Shown: one piece after another, positions 56,181 to 64,000 of the stretch | Numbering within the stretch: position 1 is the stretch's first letter | Layout: each line of letters begins with the position of its first letter | Origin: Candidatus Dojkabacteria bacterium | Lineage (GTDB): Bacteria > Patescibacteriota > Dojkabacteria > SC72 | Length of the DNA: 64,000 nt | Assembly (NCBI GenBank): GCA_012513575.1 | Contig: JAAZBX010000002.1 | Span: 104,574 to 168,573, forward strand | Direction: 5' to 3' | Made by a program: the position numbers and the translations under genes | Notes under the pieces: model-generated | Database searches by the model: none | Told to the model about the DNA's origin: nothing | Seen by the model: only the letters and a program-made list of their open reading frames with translations

Positions 56181-58853
56181 ATGAACTTAGTTAAAACATC
56201 TAAGCAAAGGTTTCTTGCAATTGATGCCAATGCAATTGTGCACAGAGCTTTTCATGCATATCCTGCAAGTCTTCAAACAGAAAACGGGATCCAAGTTAAT
56301 GCCGCCTATGGCTTTACAGTAATGCTTCTTGAAGCTTTGGATATGTTTGAACCGGAATATGTTCTTTGTTCTTTTGATACAGCCAAGCCAACCTTTAGGC
56401 ATGTCGAATTTCAAGAATACAAGGGGACTAGGAAGCCAACGGACCAGTCATTAATTGACCAATTTCCAATTGTTGAAGAAATATTAACAGCTTTTAATAT
56501 CCCAATTTTGAAGAAGGAAGGGTTTGAAGCTGATGATGTTCTAGGAACCATCTCCAAATATGTTAGAGAAGGAAAATGGAGTAACGAAAATATCGAGCTT
56601 TACATCTTAAGTGGTGACAGAGACCTTTTGCAGCTGGTATCCGACAATGTAAAAGTATGTCTTCCACAAGGAAATTTCAAGAACTTGATTGCATATGACA
56701 GGGATGAAACAAAGAAGAAATTTCATATGTATCCGGAGCAGATTGTTGATTACAAAGGCATGGCTGGAGATGCTTCAGACAATATCCCCGGAGTTAAAGG
56801 GGTGGGGAGTAAGACGGCCATAGAACTTTTAAGCAGATATGGAAGTTTAGATGAAATCTACAAAAATCTCTCAGAGGTAAAATCAAGATATGCGCTTCTT
56901 CTTAGGGAGGGAGTGGAGCAGGCAGAAATGAGCAGGAGACTTGCGAAAATTGATCAAAATGTTGATATACAAATCAAACTTGAAAATTGTTTGCTTAGAG
57001 ACTTTAACAAATCTGAAGTTTTGGAGGTATTTCATAAATATTCATTTAGGTCACTCATTACGAAGATTGACAAATTGAAGAAGGATGAACAGAAGTCCAT
57101 AACTACCCAATTAGATATTTTTTCATCAAATCAACCAGAAGTAGAATGGACAAAAGATTTGGATGCAAAAGATATTGTGAAAGACGCAGAGAAAATATTA
57201 ATTGCATATATTGATGAAAATGAATCAGCTCTGGAGAGGGGTTTCTTTCTTCTCCGAAAATTTGTTAATTCCTCAAATTTTGAAGACTACCTTCTTGAGG
57301 ATATTGAACAGATAATTGGATGTGATTGTGAGAAAGTAGTCTACAATCTTGAAGGAATTCTTTCTGATGTTGGAGAACCTAAAGGTTCACTTTTCGACTT
57401 AGGTTTCTTTGCTCACCTAATTAATTCTGAAAGAAGGGGATATTTACTCAAGGATTTGGCTTTTGATTACTCATCTTTTATGTTTGGGGAGAAAATACAT
57501 CCGTCAGAAATAAAGAAAGTTTTAGATTCAATCGGTGAGATTCAACAAACTCAAATAAACAAGGCAAACAAAATAGAGTTGTACGAATATACAAAGAAAT
57601 GTATGAGGGACATTCTCAGAATAGAGAAGGATTACTTCCTTCAGAGTCTGGAGAAAATAGAAATACCAATTTCTATGGTTCTTTCTAAAATGGAAAAAAG
57701 AGGAATAAAGATTGATATCGATTGGTTGAAAAGTTTGGATGTAGAGCTTTCTAAAGCTATAGAAATGGTGAAAAAAGAGATATTTGAATCAGTTGGCCAT
57801 GAATTCAATATTAATTCTCCTAAACAGCTTTCAGATGTGCTTTTTTCCGAATTGAAACTTCCAGATAGAAAGAAGGGTTCAACCAGAGAAACGGTATTAG
57901 ATCTATTGAAAGGTACCCATCCTGTTGTAGAAAATATTCTTGAATATCGTGAATTAAGTAAAATTCATACTACATATGTACGACCTTTGCTTGAGTTAGG
58001 AGAGATGAATGAAGATAGTACAATTCATACTGATTTTAAACAAACAGGAACCTCCTCTGGGAGGCTTTCCTCAGTTAACCCAAATATGCAAAATATTCCC
58101 ATAAAAGGAGAGTGGGCAGAGAAGATTAGAAAATCTTTTGTTGCAAGAAATGGTTTTAAATTACTTGGCATGGATTACTCTCAGATGGAGTTAAGGGTAC
58201 TTGCGGATATGTCAGAGGATGAGCTGTTAATTGAGGATTTTCAAAATGATGTGGATATTCACAAGGCAACAGCAAGTAGAATATTAAAGAAGGATGTTGA
58301 GGAAATTACTAAAAAGGAAAGAAGTTTAGGTAAAACTGTTAATTTTGGGATACTTTTTGGCCAAACGGCGTTTGGATTAGCTAATATGCTTAAAATTGAT
58401 AACGATGTGGCATCTGGGTATATCCAAAACTATTTTCAACACTATACAGGCGTTGAGGAGTACATGAGATCTTTGGAGAAAGAAGCGTACAAGAGAGGGT
58501 ATGTGCAAACAATGTTCGGTACGACAAGGTGGATTAAAGGTATCAAATCAAGGAACATCCGATTGATGAGAGCTGCCCAGAGAGAGGCTATTAATATGCC
58601 TATACAGGGAGGAGAGGCTGATATTATGAAATATGCAATGATTCAATTAGATCAGATGATAGAGGAAAAATTTAAGAATGAGGCGTTTATACTACTTCAG
58701 ATTCATGACGAGCTTATTTTTGAAGTTATGGAGGGGAGAGTTAAGGAGTTTGAAGAAGAGGCCAAGAAGATTATGAGAGAAGCAGTTTCATTAAATGTTC
58801 ATCTTGATGTTAGTTCTGCTATTGGAGAGAATATGGCTGAGTTAAAAAGCTAA
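56181..58853 (+). CDS. polA: DNA polymerase I
   Basis: The 5'-3' exonuclease block is GDASDNIPGVKGVGSKTA. The polymerase has motif A (DYSQMELRVLA), motif B (KTVNFGILFG) and motif C (QIHDELIFEV). Confidence 0.9.
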   Translation: MNLVKTSKQRFLAIDANAIVHRAFHAYPASLQTENGIQVNAAYGFTVMLLEALDMFEPEYVLCSFDTAKPTFRHVEFQEYKGTRKPTDQSLIDQFPIVEEILTAFNIPILKKEGFEADDVLGTISKYVREGKWSNENIELYILSGDRDLLQLVSDNVKVCLPQGNFKNLIAYDRDETKKKFHMYPEQIVDYKGMAGDASDNIPGVKGVGSKTAIELLSRYGSLDEIYKNLSEVKSRYALLLREGVEQAEMSRRLAKIDQNVDIQIKLENCLLRDFNKSEVLEVFHKYSFRSLITKIDKLKKDEQKSITTQLDIFSSNQPEVEWTKDLDAKDIVKDAEKILIAYIDENESALERGFFLLRKFVNSSNFEDYLLEDIEQIIGCDCEKVVYNLEGILSDVGEPKGSLFDLGFFAHLINSERRGYLLKDLAFDYSSFMFGEKIHPSEIKKVLDSIGEIQQTQINKANKIELYEYTKKCMRDILRIEKDYFLQSLEKIEIPISMVLSKMEKRGIKIDIDWLKSLDVELSKAIEMVKKEIFESVGHEFNINSPKQLSDVLFSELKLPDRKKGSTRETVLDLLKGTHPVVENILEYRELSKIHTTYVRPLLELGEMNEDSTIHTDFKQTGTSSGRLSSVNPNMQNIPIKGEWAEKIRKSFVARNGFKLLGMDYSQMELRVLADMSEDELLIEDFQNDVDIHKATASRILKKDVEEITKKERSLGKTVNFGILFGQTAFGLANMLKIDNDVASGYIQNYFQHYTGVEEYMRSLEKEAYKRGYVQTMFGTTRWIKGIKSRNIRLMRAAQREAINMPIQGGEADIMKYAMIQLDQMIEEKFKNEAFILLQIHDELIFEVMEGRVKEFEEEAKKIMREAVSLNVHLDVSSAIGENMAELKS

Positions 58854-58960
58854 ATTACACACTTTTTAAGAAAACCTTGCATTAATCCTACACAGTTGGA
58901 TATAATCCGACAGAGCGATAGGGAAACCTGTTCTTAAAAACCTAGAATAAAGGAGATAAC

Positions 58961-59197
58961 TTGGCATCGGTTACGAAGGACCCTGAAAAATTAAGAATAC
59001 ACAGATTTTTCAATTGGACTTGTCAAGAATGTGGGAAAAAAGAGGATCCCAGTTATCCGATCTTCACAATCCATCACATTAACCCCAAATCTAATGGGGG
59101 AACATCAAACCTTTCCAATCTTCTTCTCTTGTGTCAATCTTGTCACAGAAGGCTTCATCATTCGGAGCAGAAAAGAAACAAAAAGAGGAAGAAATAG
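58961..59197 (+). CDS. HNH endonuclease
   Basis: It has a CxxC...HHINPKSNGG...N...CQSCHRRLH zinc-finger HNH motif. Confidence 0.7.
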   Translation: MASVTKDPEKLRIHRFFNWTCQECGKKEDPSYPIFTIHHINPKSNGGTSNLSNLLLLCQSCHRRLHHSEQKRNKKRKK

Positions 59198-59287
59198 AAG
59201 GGACTAGGGAAGGGAGGTATTAAATATATCTTGCTACAAGTATAAGTACCTCCCTTTAATCTTCCTCGTAATGATATATAATTAAGT

Positions 59288-59677
59288 ATGGAAGACAATA
59301 ATCAAAAAGAAAGGTCTGTTAAGTCTTTACTTACCAGTATATTGAGCTTGTTAATTGGTCTCTTTATCCTTGGTTCCATATTAAAAAATAGAAAGGATGA
59401 AGATTCTAAGTCAGAACTAAAGGAAAAGCCGCAAACTCCAGATAAAGAGGAAATTGTACAGGATAGTGTAAAGAATGTTGTTGGATTGAACAAAAGGCAA
59501 GCAGAAATTCTTGCAGAAGTAAGTAGGTTAAAAGAAATTACGCCTTCCGAATTGTATAAATTGCAACCAAATGTTTCTTCCAGAACTCTAAGAAGGGATA
59601 TGGATGTTCTTGTTAACAAAGGATTGGTAAGTCAAGATGGGAGCACAAAATCAACTAAGTATACATATTTAGGATGA
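59288..59677 (+). CDS. Small membrane-anchored protein with a C-terminal DeoR-like winged-helix motif
   Basis: It has an N-terminal TM helix. The C-terminus reads SSRTLRRDMDVLVNKGLV. Confidence 0.4.
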   Translation: MEDNNQKERSVKSLLTSILSLLIGLFILGSILKNRKDEDSKSELKEKPQTPDKEEIVQDSVKNVVGLNKRQAEILAEVSRLKEITPSELYKLQPNVSSRTLRRDMDVLVNKGLVSQDGSTKSTKYTYLG

Positions 59678-61497
59678 AGAACAGTAAAACTACTTTCAAA
59701 GAGATAAGTGAAATATTTCAAACAATAGAGGAAATTGCCTCAAGGAATGAGATTACGGAAATACTAGCATCTTTTTACAGAGAATTGACGAGCGAAGAGG
59801 GAGAGATTCTTTCATACTTGATATTAGGTAGGGTTGCACCATTTTTTGTAAATAGTGAGTTTAACTATTCTGAAAAAAGCCTAATTTCATTGTTAGAAAA
59901 GTATGCAAAAGCCAAGGATATCGATATCAGAGTTCAGCAGGAGAGAGATAGATTGGGGGATATTGGTGATACAGTAAAACTTTTTTCCGAAAAGTGTGGG
60001 TTTGTTTCAAAAGGGGCATCCCTTTTTGAGGCCTATGATACCCTTTGGGGTATTGTAAAAACAGAGGGAAATGGTTCTGTGGAAAGGAAAAATTCAATTA
60101 TCTTGGGTGCTTTGGAATCCTTTTCTCCTTTGGAAGCGAAATACTTTGTTAGAGTAATTTGTGGGCAGTTAAGATTTGGCATTAGCTTTAAGACTCTCCT
60201 TGATGTTTTCTCTTTCGTTGTTGTTGGCGATAAAAGCTTACGATTGGATTTGGATAGGGCATATGGAATCTGTGCTGATATCGGATATATTTACAGCTGT
60301 ATAGCTCAAAAAGCAAGAATGGAAGCTGTAGAAAGTTTGAAAAATTTAAAAATACAACCTGGTATCCCAGTTATGCCTAGGTTGGTCGAAAGAGTAGGCT
60401 CTTTTGAAGAAACGTTTGAAAGAACAGGTTCGCCTGCTCTTGTTCAGCCAAAATTTGATGGACTTAGGTGTCAAATTCATAAATATGAAAGTAAGGATTT
60501 TGAGCACAGGGAATATATTTGGAAAAAATATCTCTCACGAAAAGATATTGGTCTTTTTGAACAAGCTTCAAATGATGTTGAGATTAAGCTTTTTACCAGG
60601 AATCTAGAAGATGTTACAGAAATGTTCCCAGAGATTGCTGAATCTGCAAAAGCAATTTCTGACAAATCATTTATTTTGGATTCCGAAGTTTTGGGATTTA
60701 AGGATGGGAAGTTTCTTCCTTTCCAAGATACGATGCAGAGAAGGAGAAAATATTCAATTGGAGATGCATCAAAAAATATCCCTGTAAAGGGGATGGTTTT
60801 TGATGTGCTGTTCCTAAATGGAAAAGATTTGATTGAACAAGATACACAAAAAAGGGTAGAGACACTAAGTAAAATTGAAATGGGAGAAAGCCTTGAGCTT
60901 TGTGAGACTAAAGAGGTTTCTGACTTAGATAGCTTGATGCAGATATTTCATGAGAATGTTGAGAAAGGATATGAAGGAGTAATTGTGAAAATGCTTTCAG
61001 GTGAATATCTCCCAGGTGTGAGAAACTATGATTGGATTAAGTTAAAAAAGAGTATGATGAATACATTGGTGGATACTGTAGATTTGGTTTGTGTTGGCTA
61101 CTATTACGGTTCTGGAAGGAGATCAGATTTTGGTGTGGGAGCAATATTGGGTGCTTTGTATAACGAGAAGACAGATGGATATGAGGCTATTTGTAAGGTA
61201 GGAACAGGTTTTAGTGATGAGCAGTTGCGAAGCATTAAAGGGCAGTTGGAGACAAAGATTGAGGAGGGCCAACCACAGAATGTTCTTTGTCCAGAGAATC
61301 TTAAACCAGATATTTGGGTATATCCAGAAGTTGTATTTACTGTTGAAGCAGATGAAATTACAAAAAGGTTGGGAGAGGAGAATATCGGAGGTGGTCTCTC
61401 ACTTAGATTCCCAAGATTGGTGGAGTGGAATAGGGACAAAAGTTCTAATGATGCCACAAGAGTTAGTGAACTGATTAAGATGTTCGAGATGAAGTAG
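59674..61497 (+). CDS. ATP-dependent DNA ligase
   Basis: It has adenylation motif I (QPKFDGLRCQIH), motif IV (EGVIVKM) and motif V (DWIKLKK). Confidence 0.85.
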   Translation: MKNSKTTFKEISEIFQTIEEIASRNEITEILASFYRELTSEEGEILSYLILGRVAPFFVNSEFNYSEKSLISLLEKYAKAKDIDIRVQQERDRLGDIGDTVKLFSEKCGFVSKGASLFEAYDTLWGIVKTEGNGSVERKNSIILGALESFSPLEAKYFVRVICGQLRFGISFKTLLDVFSFVVVGDKSLRLDLDRAYGICADIGYIYSCIAQKARMEAVESLKNLKIQPGIPVMPRLVERVGSFEETFERTGSPALVQPKFDGLRCQIHKYESKDFEHREYIWKKYLSRKDIGLFEQASNDVEIKLFTRNLEDVTEMFPEIAESAKAISDKSFILDSEVLGFKDGKFLPFQDTMQRRRKYSIGDASKNIPVKGMVFDVLFLNGKDLIEQDTQKRVETLSKIEMGESLELCETKEVSDLDSLMQIFHENVEKGYEGVIVKMLSGEYLPGVRNYDWIKLKKSMMNTLVDTVDLVCVGYYYGSGRRSDFGVGAILGALYNEKTDGYEAICKVGTGFSDEQLRSIKGQLETKIEEGQPQNVLCPENLKPDIWVYPEVVFTVEADEITKRLGEENIGGGLSLRFPRLVEWNRDKSSNDATRVSELIKMFEMK

Positions 61498-61618
61498 TAG
61501 GTTGATATTTCCTCATTGATGGTAAGACAATATCTATTTGTGTATACAAATGATAGTCAAACCGGAGGTGTTTTTTTTCTTTTTACAATACAAAAACCTT
61601 CATATATAATCCCAGGTT

Positions 61619-63061
61619 ATGATTTCAGGCAAAAACATAACTAAGAAATTTGATGACCGAGTTCTTTTCTCTAAGATTGATTTCAAGCTTTCTGGAAACA
61701 AAAAAGTTGGTCTAGTAGGAAGAAATGGCTGTGGGAAAACGACACTCCTTAAACTAATTGTTGGAGAGGAGGATACAACAGAGGGTAAAATTAGCAAAGT
61801 AGCTGAATATGTAGGGTATATCCCTCAAGAATTTTCTTTTCCAAACGAAATGGTGGGTATATATCTTGAAGAGCAACTTGAAAATTCATGGGATGGGTAC
61901 AAGATTGAAAAATTAGCTTCTCAGCTTGAATTTACGAATTTTGACCCTTACCAAAATTTAAACACATTAAGTGAGGGTCAGAAAATGAAGGTAAAGTTAA
62001 TCGAACTTTTACTTCATGATCCAACAACACTTTTAATTGACGAGCCTACAAATCACTTAGATATTGAGGGAATAGAGTGGTTTGAGAAATATATTAAAAG
62101 AGTGCAGATCCCAGTGTTGATGATCTCTCATGATAGGCAGTTTTTGAATAATGTTGTTGACGAAATATGGGAGATTGAAAGACATGGATTAATCAAATAT
62201 GTAGGGAATTATGATAATTACAAGGAAGAAAAATATAAGTTGATCGAGAAATGGAATGATGAATTCAAATTACAGGAAAGAAAAAGAGCTCAGTTAGAGA
62301 GATTGTTAGAAAATGTTAGAAAAATCGGTGCTGGGCACCAAAGATCAAGAGCAATTAGTGCGGCTAAGACTAGGATTGAGAGGTTGGATAGAGTGAAAAC
62401 TGAGAAATACGAAAACAATGTTATCGAAGAAATTAAAATTAAGACAGAAGTACACAAATCAAAGCTTATGTTAAGAGTATCTGACTTAACAATGAATTAC
62501 GGGGATATCAAGGTGTTTGAGGGTTTAGATTTGGAAATTAGAGGAGGTGAAAAAATTTGGCTTTTTGGCCCTAATGGGGCTGGTAAAACAACTTTTGTAA
62601 AACTAGTGATGGGGTTGGAGAAGCCAAAGAGAGGAGAGGTAAAGATAGGTGATAACTTGAGAATAGGTTACTTTTCTCAGATACAGGAGACAAAGGGGTG
62701 CTTGAAGAATATTCGGGAAGAGTTTATCGACAGAACAAAATGTTTTTACGGTAATTCTGGGGGATATTTATCTAAGTTCCTTTTCACTAAAAATGATATT
62801 GAACTTAAAAGTCTAAAGCAATTAAGTCCGGGGGAAAGGGCAAGGTTTGAGTTCGCCGTGTTTAGCTACAAAGATTACGATATGCTAATTCTTGATGAGC
62901 CAGATAACCATTTAGATATTGAAACTAAGGAGGTTCTAGAGCAAAGTCTTAAAGAGTATAGTGGGACAATATTGTTGGTGTCTCATGACAGATATTTTGT
63001 CGCAAATAGCGGAATAACGAGCGTATTAAATCTCAAAGATGGGGAATTAAGGAATTGTTAG
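61619..63061 (+). CDS. ABC-F family ATPase (tandem ABC domains, no TM domain)
   Basis: The two Walker A motifs are GRNGCGKTTLLK and GPNGAGKTTFVK. The two signature motifs are LSEGQKMKVKL and LSPGERARFEF. Confidence 0.85.
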   Translation: MISGKNITKKFDDRVLFSKIDFKLSGNKKVGLVGRNGCGKTTLLKLIVGEEDTTEGKISKVAEYVGYIPQEFSFPNEMVGIYLEEQLENSWDGYKIEKLASQLEFTNFDPYQNLNTLSEGQKMKVKLIELLLHDPTTLLIDEPTNHLDIEGIEWFEKYIKRVQIPVLMISHDRQFLNNVVDEIWEIERHGLIKYVGNYDNYKEEKYKLIEKWNDEFKLQERKRAQLERLLENVRKIGAGHQRSRAISAAKTRIERLDRVKTEKYENNVIEEIKIKTEVHKSKLMLRVSDLTMNYGDIKVFEGLDLEIRGGEKIWLFGPNGAGKTTFVKLVMGLEKPKRGEVKIGDNLRIGYFSQIQETKGCLKNIREEFIDRTKCFYGNSGGYLSKFLFTKNDIELKSLKQLSPGERARFEFAVFSYKDYDMLILDEPDNHLDIETKEVLEQSLKEYSGTILLVSHDRYFVANSGITSVLNLKDGELRNC

Positions 63062-63146
63062 TATTGTTTTCTAGTGGAGCTTTTGGTATAAAACATTTAT
63101 ATTATTCTACTGCTCACAAATTAATATAAATTAATAGCAACTTTTT

Positions 63147-63836
63147 ATGGAGAGCAGTACTTCCGAGTTCAAATCCCGACCAGAAAAATTAGTTGGAGTT
63201 TACGGCCAACAAATACCTTCTATTGAAGGACTTTCTGTTGATCCTTTAAATTTTTGTATTAGAGATAGTGGCCTAATAGTCCCGGAAAGACTTTATAATC
63301 CTTCATATTCTATATTTCTCTCAGGAGATGTGGATGTAGAGATGCTTGATTATCTAAAAAACGAATTGATTGAACTCGAAGAATCGGATATATTTGTTAA
63401 GAATCTTAATATTGATTTGGCCTCTTACGGTGGCGAGGTGTACTATGGCTTTGCTGTCTATGATGCATTGTCAATTTTTAGGAAGGAAAAAAATCTTTCT
63501 ATTACAACCACAAGTATTGGTCCAGTTATGTCAATGGCGGCATTAATCCTTCAAGTAGGAGATGTTCGAAGGATGTCAGCAAATTCTGTTATGTTAATTC
63601 ATCCTATAACGGGACTGGCTACGGGAAGTAAAAATGAGATAAAAGCAGAGTCAGTTCAAATGGATAGACTGGATAAAGTATATAGCGAAATTCTTGTTGC
63701 AAGAGCCCAGGCGAGTGGGGTAGAGAGCACAACGGAGAAGGTGTTGGAAGAAATAACTAATGCACATAATGGGGTTGGGACATATCTTTCTGCTCAAGAA
63801 GCTAAGAAATATGGCTTTGTGGATGAAGTAATTTAA
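63147..63836 (+). CDS. ClpP-family (S14) serine protease-like protein
   Basis: It has a Ser block (GPVMSMAALIL) and a His block (VMLIHP). Its size is ClpP-like, and the N-terminus is divergent. Confidence 0.6.
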   Translation: MESSTSEFKSRPEKLVGVYGQQIPSIEGLSVDPLNFCIRDSGLIVPERLYNPSYSIFLSGDVDVEMLDYLKNELIELEESDIFVKNLNIDLASYGGEVYYGFAVYDALSIFRKEKNLSITTTSIGPVMSMAALILQVGDVRRMSANSVMLIHPITGLATGSKNEIKAESVQMDRLDKVYSEILVARAQASGVESTTEKVLEEITNAHNGVGTYLSAQEAKKYGFVDEVI

Positions 63837-64000
63837 AGAATATTGTATTGTTTAGTATTAGGGATTGTTGGAGATACTGTTAATTTTATTCCTGTCGCAA
63901 TAACATATGCTGGAGACAAATTATGTCCTCAATAAGGGTACTTGCATAGCAAAAATTTCTATGCTATACTTCTGCTCACGAGTTTGGGAATATATTTAAA

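Noticed and set aside
63147-63836. Calling the ClpP-like gene a phage prohead protease, which would imply a prophage at the window end
   Set aside because: No flanking phage genes (terminase, portal or capsid) are visible in the window, and the window ends 160 bp later. Only the family-level ClpP/S14 call is supportable.

Overview
This is a low-GC, gene-dense bacterial window with a streamlined, Candidate-Phyla-Radiation (Patescibacteria)-like gene content; that taxonomic call is inferred from gene content only. It contains the chromosomal replication origin neighbourhood: rpmH, rnpA, yidD, yidC and jag on the minus strand face dnaA and dnaN on the plus strand, and DnaA-box clusters flank dnaA. 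Other core genes are a TrmH-family methyltransferase, nfo, a DEAD-box helicase, efp, ftsH, polA, smpB, an ABC-F ATPase, a ClpP-like protease and an FtsB-like protein. I call five tRNAs: Ser-CGA, Ser-GCT, Ile-UAU, an initiator-type Met and an elongator-type CAT tRNA. I also call a tmRNA (ssrA) with an extended -10 promoter. The accessory content has four parts. First, a type IV pilus operon (13.7-21.5 kb, minus strand) holds a prepilin peptidase, three to four prepilin-like proteins including a 642-aa giant pilin, PilC, PilB and a major pilin. A divergently transcribed glutaredoxin-like CxxC membrane protein lies next to it. Second, a MmeI-like type IIL restriction-modification enzyme sits beside a LemA/DUF2207 pair. 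Third, a UvrD-family helicase is fused to a Cas4/RecB-like Fe-S nuclease domain. Fourth, and most striking, a tandem array of six small paralogous VirB2/TrbC-like pilin genes (38.4-40.6 kb) is followed by a DgkA-like protein, a SpoIID-like peptidoglycan-remodelling protein, several membrane proteins and a VirB4/TraD-like FtsK/HerA-superfamily ATPase (47.1-49.6 kb). I propose this as a candidate CPR-type T4SS-like conjugation or DNA-uptake apparatus. Further items are an ATP-dependent DNA ligase with an adjacent HNH nuclease, an atypical OmpR-family response regulator that lacks every phospho-acceptor residue, and a tyrosine recombinase lying between two tRNA genes. No CRISPR array was found. 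All calls rest on motif recognition by eye in the supplied ORF translations; no database searches were run.
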